This document shows positions 13,291-25,315 of a stretch of 64,000 nt of DNA, one piece after another. Both the position numbers and the translations under genes were made by a program. Source of the stretch: Octopus sinensis (taxonomy: Eukaryota); contig NC_043021.1 in the NCBI RefSeq assembly GCF_006345805.1, positions 15,066,001-15,130,000 of the forward strand, given 5' to 3'. The notes below the pieces were generated by a model, which was not told where the DNA came from, did no database searches, and saw nothing but the letters and a program-made list of their open reading frames with translations. How positions within the stretch are numbered: position 1 is the first letter of the stretch; each line of letters opens with the position of its first letter.

Positions 13291-13844
13291 GTGAAATCGT
13301 AGTCATGACCAATTTCAGTGTTGCGTAAGTGGCACCCATGCCAGTGGCATGTAAAAAGCATCATTCAAATGTTGGGCCTCACAGAGGCAGTGAGAAGTGA
13401 TTGAGACCTTTGGTGATATAACTGTACTTAAGTAGAACTGTCGAGCCAAAAGTGATTGTAGTCATGGCCAACGCCAGTGTCGCATAACTGGCTCCCATGC
13501 TGGTGGCATGTAAAAAGGGCTGTTCAAACATTGGGCCTCACAGAAGCAGTGTCAAGTGATTGGGACTTTTGGCGATATACTGTGAAGACCTGTCGAGCCA
13601 AATGAGGTCATATTTGTGGTCGGTACCAATGCTGCTTAACTGTGACACGTAAAAAGTACCCATTACTCTCTTGGGAGTGGTTGGCATTAGGAAGAGCATT
13701 GAGCTGTTGAAACCATGCTAAATCAGACTGGAACCTGGTGCAGCTTACCTGGTTTCAGTCAAACTGTCCAACCCTTGCCAGCATGGAAAGCAGACATTAA
13801 ATAATGATGATGATTATGATGATGACGACGACGACAACAACGAC

Positions 13845-13876
<32 letters not shown>

Positions 13877-14380
13877 GCATCAAACAACAACAGTAGATAC
13901 TTTGAGTACCTCTAAAAAAAAAAAGAAATCATCCTGTTGTCGAATGAGGTAGCTGCTCTTCGAAAACCTCACGAGCTAATTGCACCAACAAATTGATTAT
14001 GTATAACATAGTACAGCTGTTTATGTTGTTGTCAGGGAGTTCGTCCATTTAAGTGCACAGCTGCTAACCAACCACATTGATAATGGCTGTTGTATGTAAT
14101 GATTGTACCCGGAGGGAACGGCTGTTGACAGCAGTCATTAACAAAAATGTTTTCAAAGGAATTTTATACGTAACTGATCAAATTGCAAATCCTGTTGCCA
14201 ATGGTTTTAGCTCTGAATTTTGTGATATGTCTTCTTCTGGGAGTTTGATTTGAATTACTCAGTTAACTTCTCTTCTTACTTTGGTGTTGTGGTTTGGGAT
14301 GTTGAAAGCCTGCATTAGAAATAAAAAACAAAAAAACAAAGCTATGGCTACAAAAATAGTTGCATGTATGTGTGTGTGTG

Positions 14381-14411
<31 letters not shown>

Positions 14412-14539
14412 ATACACATGCATGCATGCATGTGTGTGTGTATGTCTGTATGTATGTCTACGAGTGTGAACATAAATATTGTGTGTGTCTATCTGTCTAT
14501 GTATGTTTGTATGAATGCATGCTTGCTTGCACAATAAAT

Positions 14540-14736
14540 CAATATCCTTATCTGTCTATCCTTTTATCTATCCATCCATCCATCTTATCTATCCATCTGT
14601 CTGTTTGTCTATCTGTCCATCTATATCTAGTTATCTGTCTATCTATCAAGCTATCTATCTATCTGTCTACCTACCTATCCATCCATTCATCCATCCATCC
14701 ATCCATCCACCCATCCATCCGTCTGTCCGTCCGTCC

Positions 14737-14783
<47 letters not shown>

Positions 14784-14935
14784 ATCTATCTATATATCTA
14801 CCTACCTACCTACCTATCTATCTATCTATCTATCTTTCTATCTATCTATCTATCTTTCTGTCTGTCTATCTATCTATCAAAGTATCTATCCATCCATCCA
14901 TCCATCTAGCTATCTGTGTACTTATCTGTCTATCA
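14540..14935. repeat. (ATCT/ATCC/GTCT)n tetranucleotide array
   Basis: Direct inspection. Confidence 0.95.
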
Positions 14936-15209
14936 TTCAACCAACCACTTGTATGTCTACCATTTCTAGAATAGGTACACTGTATTCCTGAGGGTTGCAG
15001 AAGGCAAATAAAAGCATTGATGTCAGAAAGGACATCTGATCGCAAAACACCATCTCATGCTGTGTGGTAAGAAGCTTGCTTCCCAACCTCATGGTTCTGG
15101 GTTCAGTCCTAATGTGTGGCACCTTCAACAAGTGTCTTCTACTATAGCCTTGGGCTGACAAAAGCCTTGTGAATGGATTTGGTAGACGGAAACTGAAAAG
15201 AAGTCCATC

Positions 15210-15624
15210 GGCGATCTTTCGTCTCTAGTAGACCTTTCCGTCGATTTCCATAAAAAAATTTTTTTTTTACATATAGGCTTGCGGGAACTTTTGAAGTAAT
15301 ATACACATACACCGAGTAAAAAATTTCAGTTATCTCTTTCTTTCACACATTACTCTGTCTCTTCACACACACTAACAGAAGCACTTCACTTACACAACAT
15401 ACTGTCTGTCTCCCACACCCCATCAAACACACACACACACACACACATGTACATCAATGCTTCACATGCACGGTAACTTCAAAAGAACTTCCCTCGTCAT
15501 ACAATCGCTTTCTCTTAGTCTCTTTCGCACTCATTACTTCAAAAGTTCCCGCAAGCCCATATGTAAAAAAAAAAATTTTTTTACGGAAATCGACGGAAAG
15601 GTCTACTAGAGACGAAAGTTTGCC
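15210..15624. mobile_element. MULE-like MITE: ~90-bp TIRs, 9-bp TSD
   Basis: TSD aagtccatc at 15201-15209 and 15625-15633; TIR core ctttcgtctctagtagacctttccgtcgatttcc and its exact inverse. Inserted into a family B SINE. Confidence 0.85.
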
Positions 15625-16015
15625 AAGTCCATCGTATATATTATATATATTGAGGGAAAACAAGAAGAAAATGGGGAATAAATGGATATAATTACTAATT
15701 TATTTGTATGTTACAAAAAGAGGACATGTTTTTTAAAAAAAAACAGTACAAATAAATTGATTGGAAGTTGAAAGCTCAAAGAAAAATGATTATAATTGTG
15801 GTGGTGGTGGTAGAGATGATGATGATTATGATGATGGTGGTGATGGTGGTGGTTGTGGTGGTGTTGATAGTGATGGTGATGGTAGTGGTGATGCTGATGC
15901 TGATGATGATGGTTGTGACGAGGTGTTACGTATTTTACGTTCAGCTGCGAAAATTTCCAAAAATTTTCAAAAATCTCCCATTACTTCTTCTAAATGCATT
16001 CTCTTCATTTTTCAG

Positions 16016-16067
16016 AAGCCTTGTTGAAAATTTCGAATTTGTCTTCACCAAATATTTCCCACAAGAG
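16016..16067 (+). CDS. DYNC2LI1: DYNC2LI1 internal exon (52 nt, phase 2 to 0): (K)SLVENFEFVFTKYFPQE
   Basis: Acceptor ttctcttcatttttcag, donor gtttgt. Bridges the phase gap between flanking exons; FEFVFTKYFP aligns with human WKKVYEKLFP. Confidence 0.85.
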
Positions 16068-16454
16068 GTTTGTCTAATTCCCTCTGGTTTTTACATTTTT
16101 ATCTTTTGACATGCCTGTTTTGCCATCTTCTTTCTGAATACATACGTACAAGTGTGTGTGTGTGTGTGTGTGTGTGTACGTACATGTGTGTATGTGTGTG
16201 TGCTATTCTTGTGTTTTTTCTTGTTGTTGGTTACACTTATTGTCTTGCTTTTAAATCATCATTCATAACCATTAGAAGCTCCATATGGGAAAACGGTTGC
16301 ATGAGACCAATATTCTTCATCGGTTAACTCATTTCCAATAGTTCATTCTATTCATGAGTGTTTTCAAGCATTATTATTGCAAAGGTTGGCAAAAATGTGA
16401 TCTTCTTTTGTTTTTAAACCCTCCCTTAATATATTTCTAATGAAATACTCTTTA

Positions 16455-16663
16455 CTCTTTTTCTCTCTTTTACTTGTTTCAGTCATTTGACTGCGGCCAT
16501 GCTGGAGCACCGCCTTTTAGTCAAGCAAATCGACCCCGGGACTTATTCTTTGTAAGCCCAGCACTTATTCTATCGGTCTCTTTTGCCGAACCGCTAAGTG
16601 ACGGGGACGTAAACACACCAGCATCAGTTGTCAAGCAATGCTAGGGGGACAAACACAGACACA

Positions 16664-16744
<81 letters not shown>

Positions 16745-16900
16745 GACAGGCTTCTTTCAGTTTCCGTCTACCAAATCCACTCACAAGGCATTGGTCGGCC
16801 CGGGGCTATAGCAGAAGACACTTGCCCAAGATGCCATGCAGTGGGACTGAACCCGCAACCATGTGGTTGGGAAGCAAGCTACTTACCACACAGCCACTCA
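16455..16900 (-). mobile_element. SINE family B, near full length, internal (CA)n(TA)n
   Basis: tRNA-like head at ~16900, CORE-like cttgggcaagtg, 3' end gcagtcaaatgactgaaacaagtaaaagag. Confidence 0.85.
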
Positions 16901-17159
16901 TATATTTCTAATGAAATACACTGACTTTGTTTGAATTAATTTGGAAATTAATGAAGAATTTAGTAAAATAACTTTGTCATTATTAAACAGGTGTTTGGAA
17001 CATGAATTAAACTTGAAATTTTGATGGAAGATTTTAATTCAGTTCATTTTAAGACAGAAAGTTTGTGACATAATACCAGGGGCAAATATCAAATAGGTTA
17101 CTATCAAAAGACTTAACCCTTTCGTTACCATATTACTGTTGAAAATAATGCCTGTCATC

Positions 17160-17490
17160 ATCATTATCATCATCATCGTATAATGTCCGTTTTCCATGCT
17201 AGCATGCGTTGGACGGTTCGACTGGAGTCTGGGAAGCCAGGAGGCTGCACCAGGCTCCAGTCTGATCTGACAGTGTTTCTACAGCTGGATGCCCTTCCTA
17301 ACGCCAACCACTCTATGAGTGTAGTGGGTGCTTTTTATGTGCCACCGGCACAGGGGCCAGAGAAGGCTGGCAAACGGCCACGATCAGTTGGTGCTTTTTA
17401 CATGTCACCGACATGGACACCAGTCAGGCGGCGCTGGCATCTGCCACGTTCGGCTGGTGCTTTTTACATGCCACCGGCACAGGTATCATA
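17160..17490 (-). mobile_element. (GAT)n-tailed RTE 3' repeat inserted into a piggyBac-like MITE
   Basis: Same body as 12715. The MITE start ttaaccctttcgttacca at ~17115 is continued by MITE-like sequence after 17490. Confidence 0.7.
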
Positions 17491-17835
17491 ATCAATTAAT
17501 TTTGAAAATATAAGAATTAGCAAAATAGCTTTGTTGTTATTTAAGTTGCTTTTTGAAATATAAATTAACATAATAAATTAACACAGTAAATTAACGTGAA
17601 ATTTTGATTTAAAGTTTATACTGAGATCACTTTAAAACAGGAAGTTTGAAACATTAAACCAGGAACAACCTGAGGCAAGTTGGTAGCATATTTCTGCTGA
17701 AATACGCTGCCTTTATTTCGATTAATTTCGAAAATCGTGAAGAATATAAAATAACTTTGTCTTAAGTTGGAACATCAGGTAACATAGAACATTCAGAACA
17801 TAAAGTAACAAGAAATTTTGATGGAAGGTTTTTAA

Positions 17836-18436
17836 CCCTTTTCTTACCATATTTCTGTTGAGGTGCTCTGTGTTTCTTTCAATTAATTTTAAATATAACA
17901 AAGAATTTAGTAAAATAACTTAGTTATCATTCAGCTAGTGTTAGGAACATAAATTGTGACTAAGGTTTGGTGGAAGATTTTAAAAGAAGACATTTGTACT
18001 ACAGAGTCAGAGGTGGTTTCAGCTGGGTTGGTATTGAAAGGGTTAAGAATTGTTTCTCTATTATATATTTTAACCCTTTTGTTACCATATTTCTCTTGAA
18101 ATGCTCTGTTTCTTTCAATTAATTTTAAATATAACAAAGCATTTTGTAAAATAACCTAGTTATCATTAAGCTAGTGTTAAGAACATAAATTGTGACTAAG
18201 GTTTGGTGGAAGATTTTAACTCAAAATTTATGAAAACAAGACATTTGTTCTACAGAGCCAGAGCCGGTTTCAGCTGGGTTGGTATCAAAAGGGTTAAAAA
18301 TATCATGGTGTACTACAGAATCAGAGGCAGTTTCAGGCAGGCTGGTATCAAAGAGGTTAATTCAGTTCACTTTAAAACAGGAAGTTTGTCACACAGAACC
18401 AAGGGCAGTCTCAGTTTGGCTGGTATAAAAAGGGTT
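17836..18436. mobile_element. Cluster of piggyBac-like MITEs (17836-18042, 18074-18293, plus fragments)
   Basis: TTAA|CCCTTT(T)...AAAGGG|TTAA termini; orientation opposite to the 22556-23748 array. Confidence 0.8.
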
Positions 18437-19375
18437 ACGGTGGTTTTAGAGTATTAGGAGTGGAATAGAGAGGGAGAAGAAAGAGAAAAATGTTCTTAGC
18501 TTTGCGTCTCGGTCATCGTGTGGCAGAATAAAAATGGCCAGGACTGCCAGCGAATTAAGGGACGATGGTCAGAATATTCATGCAGTGGGGGTAGAAGCAA
18601 GTAATTTACTTAACGAGTAATTCTTAGAGTAATTCTAAGGTGTTGATTACAACTATAACAGTTTTTCTCTTCTAGCACATCATATTTAGTCACAAAGCAT
18701 TAAAAAAAAAGCAAAGATGTGAAATATATGGTACTATTTCAGTGATGTTTCTTTACAACATGGAAAGTTCACTTTGTAAAGTGGTTGGAGTTTGGAAGTG
18801 CATCCAACTGTAAAAACCATGACAAAACTGTCCTTGCCTGTGCTGGTGTCACATAAAAACCTCTCGGTTCACTCTGCAGGGTGGTTGTCCAATTATGTAA
18901 ATACATACAAGATAGTCCCACCTGAATTTACTGCAAGGTAACGACATGTTCAAGGTTAACAACCTGATCATAACTGTGCTCTTAATTACCAGATTTCTTT
19001 TTTGATGTTTTTTTACATCAATCTTTTACCTTTTATTTTTTATCTCTTACTTGTTTCAGTCATTTAACTGCGACCATGCTGGGGCATCAGCTTGACATTA
19101 CCCTTGGTTCTATGTGACAAACTTACTGTTTTAAAGTGAACTGAATTAACCCTTTTGACACCAACCCTCTGGTTCTATAGTACTTGTTTTTTTTTAAAAA
19201 AAACCTTGTTCCCACTCTCTTGGTCTCTTTTGTTGAACCACTAAGTTATAGGGATGTAAACACACCAACACCAGTTGTCAAGTGGTTTCAAGTTCTCTGC
19301 ATACTTTGTTCTTAAACTTCAGTTTCTACACATCAGTAACTTTGATATTTTGTTTCTGTATTTCTTTCCTTACAG

Positions 19376-19468
19376 AAATCTGCAGACCCCCAAACTGCTG
19401 CTGATCCCTCACAAGAACCCCAGTTTAAGGAACATGATATTGACATACTGAAGAGGCAAAAAGATCAG
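19376..19468 (+). CDS. DYNC2LI1: DYNC2LI1 internal exon (93 nt, phase 0 to 0): KSADPQTAADPSQEPQFKEHDIDILKRQKDQ
   Basis: Acceptor tttctttccttacag, donor CAG|gtaagt; only one frame is open. DPSQEPQFKEHDIDILKRQKD aligns with human [21 protein letters not shown]. Confidence 0.92.
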
Positions 19469-19812
19469 GTAAGTTTGGTTTGGTATTCTTAAGCCAGATG
19501 TTTACCATTGTATTTGTATTTCATGTGTGTGTGTATGCGCGCATGCGTGTGTGTGTGTGTCTCAAAGAAAGGATCAAAGAACTGTCTGCTGCCATAGGCT
19601 CAAAATCTAGTTTCCCGGATTCTGTGGTGTACACATTCCATACTGGATGAAATGCCAGTCTGTCACAAGATTTGCCACTTTTGCCAGCTGAGCAAACTGG
19701 AGCAACATGGAAGAAAGTATTTTGCTCAAGAACACAATTCAGTGCCCAATCCAGGAACTGAAACCACAATCTCATGGTCATGAGTGCAACACCCTAACCA
19801 CTAAGCCACACG

Positions 19813-19848
<36 letters not shown>

Positions 19849-19861
19849 CATATATATATTT

Positions 19862-20091
19862 ATTTCTTTACTACCCACAAGGGGCTAAACACAGAGGGGA
19901 CAAACAAGGACAGACAAACGGATTAAGTCGATTACATCAACCCCAGTGCGTAACTGGTACTTAATTTATCGACCCCGAAAGGATGAAAGGCAAAGTCGAC
20001 CTCGGCGGAATTTGAACCCAGAACATAACGGCAGACGAAATACGGCTACGCATTTCGCCCGGCATGCTCCCGTTTCTGCCAGCTCGCCACC
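19862..20091 (-). mobile_element. SINE family A, full monomer
   Basis: Near identical to the + strand copies at 36528 and 55716. Confidence 0.9.
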
Positions 20092-20340
20092 TTCGATATA
20101 CATATATGTATTGATTAGTTATAAGATTCAATAGAATCTAGGCACATCAACACTTAGGATGCCAGAAATGGCTAGGAACAATAGCATAGGGTTCGCAGTG
20201 AGATAAAGCAACAATAACGATATCAAGTGTTGGTAGAACTTTGTAGATATGTGAGTACCAAATCCAATTTAAATTGTAGATCTAACTCAGGGTTGGTTTG
20301 AGGTGCAGCATGGGTATAAAAAAAGGAGAATACAAATGGG

Positions 20341-20439
20341 GTTTAAAATTTACAACAGCTGTTTCGATAGCATTTTATTGATGCATTCATAGATTACATC
20401 ATAACATAAAGTCTACCATCTTCAGGTAAAATTTTAAAC
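20341..20439 (-). ncRNA. Type I hammerhead ribozyme motif (Penelope-type), canonical core
   Basis: Minus RNA: GUUUAAAAUUUUAC-CUGAAGA-U-GGUAG...CUAUC-GAAAC-AGCU-GUU^GUAAAUUUUAAAC. Stem I 13 bp with one bulge, stem II 5 bp plus extension, palindromic stem III ACAGCUGU. Confidence 0.75.
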
Positions 20440-20699
20440 AGGTATCAAACAGGTGAGATAATACATTGATTGTGCCAAATCCAGCCAACACTGTTTAAAC
20501 TCCATTTGTGTTCTCTTTATGTATGTGTGTGTGTGTGTGTGTCTATATATATATTTATTTATAATGATGATGATGATGATGATAATGTATGCATATATAT
20601 ATTACATATATATATATACATATATATATTTATTTATAATGATGATGATGATGATAATGTATGCATATATATATTACATATATATATATATATATATAT

Positions 20700-20850
20700 A
20701 AAGGGAAAGTTTGCAAAAATAAACAAAAGACGAAGGCAGGTGGTGTACAAACAAACAGATGTATTAGTATAGTCTTTTATGTTTCGAGCCTATGCTCTTC
20801 TACAGAAAGGTACACAGAAAAAACAAGGAGATGTATGTATTATATCAACT
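20700..20850 (-). mobile_element. Penelope-like terminal-repeat fragment with a minimal HHR-like motif (20773-20810)
   Basis: Homologous to 37725-37915; sits next to (TA)n; minus RNA CUUU-CUGUAGA-A-GAGC-AUAG-GCUC-GAAAC-AUA-AAAG. Confidence 0.65.
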
Positions 20851-20917
20851 TATCCCACTAAGTTCAAATGCTAAACATTTCATCCAATGTGCTAATGGGT
20901 CTGCCAGCTCGCCACCT

Positions 20918-20948
20918 TAATAATAATAACAACAACAACAACAACAAC

Positions 20949-20980
<32 letters not shown>

Positions 20981-21131
20981 TAATAATAATAACAACAATA
21001 CTAATAATAATAACAATAATAACAACAACAACAATAATAATCATAATAATGATAATAATAATAATAACAACAACAACAATAATAATAATAACAACAACAA
21101 CAACAACAATAATAATAACAACAACAACAAT
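20918..21131. repeat. (AAT/AAC)n trinucleotide array
   Basis: Direct inspection; SINE tail context. Confidence 0.95.
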
Positions 21132-21828
21132 AATGGTTTCAAATTTTGGCACAAGGCCAGAATTTTTAGGGGAGGGTGTAATTCAGCCCCATGTGCTCAA
21201 CTGATACTTATTTTATCAACCCTGATAGAATAAAAGGCAGGCTTTGAATGTTCAACAACAACAATAATAATGATAATACTTATGTTAAAAAAAATAATGA
21301 TAACAGCAAGAACACTGAGAATGATGAAGGAAATTATCCGATCGATAAAGCAAATCTTTTACTATGAAATTACTTCTGTCTTATTTTTCATTTCATTTTA
21401 TATATATCTTATACATCTATATATTTTTTTTTAAATCAGACTTGCTGGTATTGATTTCATTGTCTATTAGCACCTCTTTGTAGTTTTCTGCAATTATTGG
21501 TTGTCTGTAGTAGGTGTTAGCATTTCTTACCATTTTTCTAAAAATCCAAGTTCAACTGTTTGGTAAATGGTGTAATATACAAAAACATTCAGTGTTTTTG
21601 TACATCACACCTCAAAAAACTTTCTGTGATTGAAGTGGCTCACAATTTAATTTGAGTTGGCCAGGCCTGGATTAGATCTTTCCCCAAAATTTCAGGCCTT
21701 ATGCCTATAAAAGAAACTCTTATTATTATTATTGAGTGAGAGAACAGCACATGTCACCATATCTTCTTCTTCTTCTCCTCCTCCTCTCCCCCTCCTCCCC
21801 CCTCCATCACCACCACAACCACCACCAC

Positions 21829-21873
<45 letters not shown>

Positions 21874-22555
21874 GAACGTGACAAGCTGGCAGGATCGTTA
21901 GCATGGTGGGCAAAATGCTTAGCAGCATCTGTACATTCTGAGTTCAAACTCTGCCGAGGTCAACTTTGCCTTTCATCATTTCGGGGTCGATAAATTAAGT
22001 TCCAGTTGCATACTGGGGTCGATCTAATCGACTGGCCCCCTCTCCCAAAATTTCAGGCCTTGTACCTAGAGAAGTAAAAAATTCTTATTAGTAACTCACT
22101 GTATTAATTCTAATCCTTGTTTTTTGTTGAATGATTTATCCTAGTTCTAATTTTTTTTTTAAAGTTTGGTACTTGTGCTATAAGGCTCTTTTGCCGAATT
22201 GCTAAGTTAAAGGGACATAAACACACCGACACCAGTTGTTAAGCAGTGATGGGAAACAAACACACTCACACACACACACACACATGTATAAGGCAGTGCT
22301 CCAGCATGGCCGCAGTCAAATGACTGAACAAAATAAAAGCAAAAGTAAAAAAATATATACAACAGGCTTCTTTTAGTTTCCATCGACCAAATCCACCTAC
22401 GAGGCTTTGGTTGAACTGAGGCTATAATAGAAGACACTTGCCCTAAGTGTCACGTAGTGGAACTGAAACCAGAACCATGTGGTTGGGAAGCAAGCTTCTT
22501 ACCACACAGCAATGCTTTCATCTAAATTGTTTCTTTCTTTCCAATTTCTCTTTAA

Positions 22556-23748
22556 CCCTTTCGTTACCAACCCAGCTGAAACTGCCTCTGGCTCTTTAGA
22601 ACAAATGTCTTGTTTTCATAAGTTTTGAATTAAAATCTTCCACCAAACCATGGTCACAATTTATGTTCCTAACACTAGCTTAATGATAGCTAAATTATTT
22701 TACTAAATTCTTTCTTATATTTAAAGCAATTGAAAGAAACACAGAGCATCTCAAAATAAATATAGTAACATCACCATGATATTTTTAACCCATTTGATAC
22801 CAACCCAGCTGAAACCAGCTCTGGCTCCGTAGTACAAATGTCTTGTTTTCATAAGTTTTGAATTAAAATCTTCCACCAAACCTTAGTCACAATTTATGTT
22901 CCTAACACTAGCTTAATGATAGCTAAATTATTTTACTAAATTTTTTGTTATATTTAAAATTAATCAAAAGAAACACAGAGCATCTCAACAGAAATATGGT
23001 AACAAAAGGGTTAACATCACCATGATATTTTTAACCCTTTTGATACCAACCCAGCTGAAACTGCCTCTGGCTCTGTAGAACAAATGTCTTGTTTTCATAA
23101 GTTTTGAATTAAAATCTTCCACCAAACCTTAGTCACAATTTATGTTCCTAACACTAGCTTAATGATAGCTAAATTATTTTACTAAATTTTTTGTTATATT
23201 TAAAATTAATCAAAAGAAACACAGAGCATCTCAACAGAAATATGGTAACAAAAGGGTTAACATCACCATGATATTTTTAACCCTTTTGATACCAACCCAG
23301 CTGAAACTGCCTCTGGATCTGTAGAACAAATGTCTTGTTTTCATAAGTTTTGAATTAAAATCTTCCATGAAACTTTTGTCACAATTTATGTTCCTAACAC
23401 TAGCTTAATGATAGCTAAGTTATTTTACTAAATTCTTTGTTATATTTAAAATTAATCAAAAGAAACACAGAGCATCTCAACAGAAATATGGTAACAAAAG
23501 GGTTAACATCACCATGATATTTTTAACCCTTTTGATACCAACCCAGCTGAAACTGCCTCTGGCTCTGTAGAACAAATGTCTTGTTTTCATAAGTTTTGAA
23601 TTAAAATCTTCCATGAAACTTTTGTCACAATTTATGTTCCTAACACTAGCTTAATGATAGCTAAGTTATTTTACTAAATTCTTTGTTATATTTAAAATTA
23701 ATCAAAAGAAACACAGAGCATCTCAACAGAAATATGGTAACAAAAGGG
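22556..23748. repeat. Tandem array of five ~246-bp units, each a piggyBac-like MITE plus a short shared spacer
   Basis: TAAC unit starts near 22553, 22786, 23032, 23278 and 23524; junction gggttaa-catcaccatgatattt-ttaaccc. Confidence 0.92.
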
Positions 23749-24125
23749 TTAACATCACGATCAGTTATTTTTGTGGATTTTTTCTTCTTTTTTCGCGTGG
23801 GATGTGCTGTTGGCTATACAAAGACTGCATTTGCGAAATGAGAGGTCTCAACGATACGATTGAAACAATATTAGTTCCAGCTTATTAATTACAATTATTA
23901 ATTATAAATCTGTTGTTTTTCAGTAAAAAAAAAAAAGGAAAAAAGAACAAAAAATAAAATAAGACAAAAAAAATCAACAACAACTGCCATTATCAACCCC
24001 CAACCCTTTCCTTATTCCAGTTTTATTTCTTGTTCATTTCTGCCGGTCCTTTTTTTTTGTTTCCAATTACTATTTTAAAGAATATCAATTCGTTATTAAA
24101 TTAATTCAACTGAATTTAATTACAG

Positions 24126-24203
24126 GAATTGGAGCAGCGCCGTCAGAGGCCTTTTAACACCAGAGAACAAACTGTGGAGAAAATCTACATAGATGATTTT
24201 TAA
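24126..24203 (+). CDS. DYNC2LI1: DYNC2LI1 last coding exon: ELEQRRQRPFNTREQTVEKIYIDDF*
   Basis: Acceptor aatttaattacag; ELEQ continues the human QKDLELEQYKR motif; TAA at 24201-24203. Confidence 0.88.
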   Translation, partial: ELEQRRQRPFNTREQTVEKIYIDDF

Positions 24204-24589
24204 GATTTTTTTCCCCCTAAAACACCAAAATTTGTTGGTATTTTTTTTGTTGTTATTTATTGAGAGAATTTTCATGGTGTTTGTCTTTGTTGTTGTTGTT
24301 GTAGAAATGTTTTTGTCTCTTATTCATTGTTAGAGTGGGTTGGCTAGAGCTGCAATTTTTCAAACTTCTTTGCCATTTCTTGGAATGGAGCTCACCTTTT
24401 TACAAAATTCTAGGCACCAGCATGGCTGTGTGGTAAAGAAGTTTGATTCCCAGCCATGTGCTTTTGAGTTCCATCTCACTGCATGGGACCTTGGGCAAGT
24501 GTCTTCAAATGTAACCCCAGATCGACCAAAGCCTTGTAAATGAATTCAGTTGATGGAAGCTGTAAGAAGCTTGTGAATATATATTCCTT

Positions 24590-24795
24590 TATTCTTTTAC
24601 TTGTTTCAGTCATTTGACTGCAGCCATGCTGGAGCACCACTTTAAGGGGTTTTAGTCGAAGAGATCAACCCCAAGACGTATTGTTTTGTTTGCCTAGTAC
24701 TTATTCTATCGGTCTCTTTTGCTGAACCACTAGGTTACGGGAATGTAAACACACCAACGTTAATTGTCAAGCAATTGTGGAGGGGACAAACACAT

Positions 24796-24868
<73 letters not shown>

Positions 24869-25030
24869 CAATGGGCTTCTTTCAGTTTCTGTTTACCAAA
24901 TCCCCTCACAAGGCTTTGGTCAGCCTGAGGCTATAGTAGAAGATATTTGTCCAAGGTGCCACGTAGTGGGACTGAATTTGGAAACATGTGGTTGGGGAGC
25001 AAGCTTCTTACCACGCAGCCACTCCAGCTC
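24590..25030 (-). mobile_element. SINE family B with internal microsatellite
   Basis: Same body as 16455-16900. Confidence 0.8.
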
Positions 25031-25081
25031 CTATATGTGTGTGTGTATATATAGATATATATGTGTGTGTGTGTGTATATG

Positions 25082-25125
<44 letters not shown>

Positions 25126-25153
25126 AATATATATATGTATGTATGCATATATA

Positions 25154-25206
<53 letters not shown>

Positions 25207-25231
25207 ATGTATGTATGCATATATGTGTATG

Positions 25232-25262
<31 letters not shown>

Positions 25263-25315
25263 CGTTTGCTGTTCTGTTATAGGCTGTAGTTGATAAATAT
25301 ATCATTTAATGTATA

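Noticed and set aside
14036-14095. Possible extra DYNC2LI1 exon (gtcag|GGAGTTCG...)
   Set aside because: Available donors give the wrong phase or run into TAA, and the model is complete without it.
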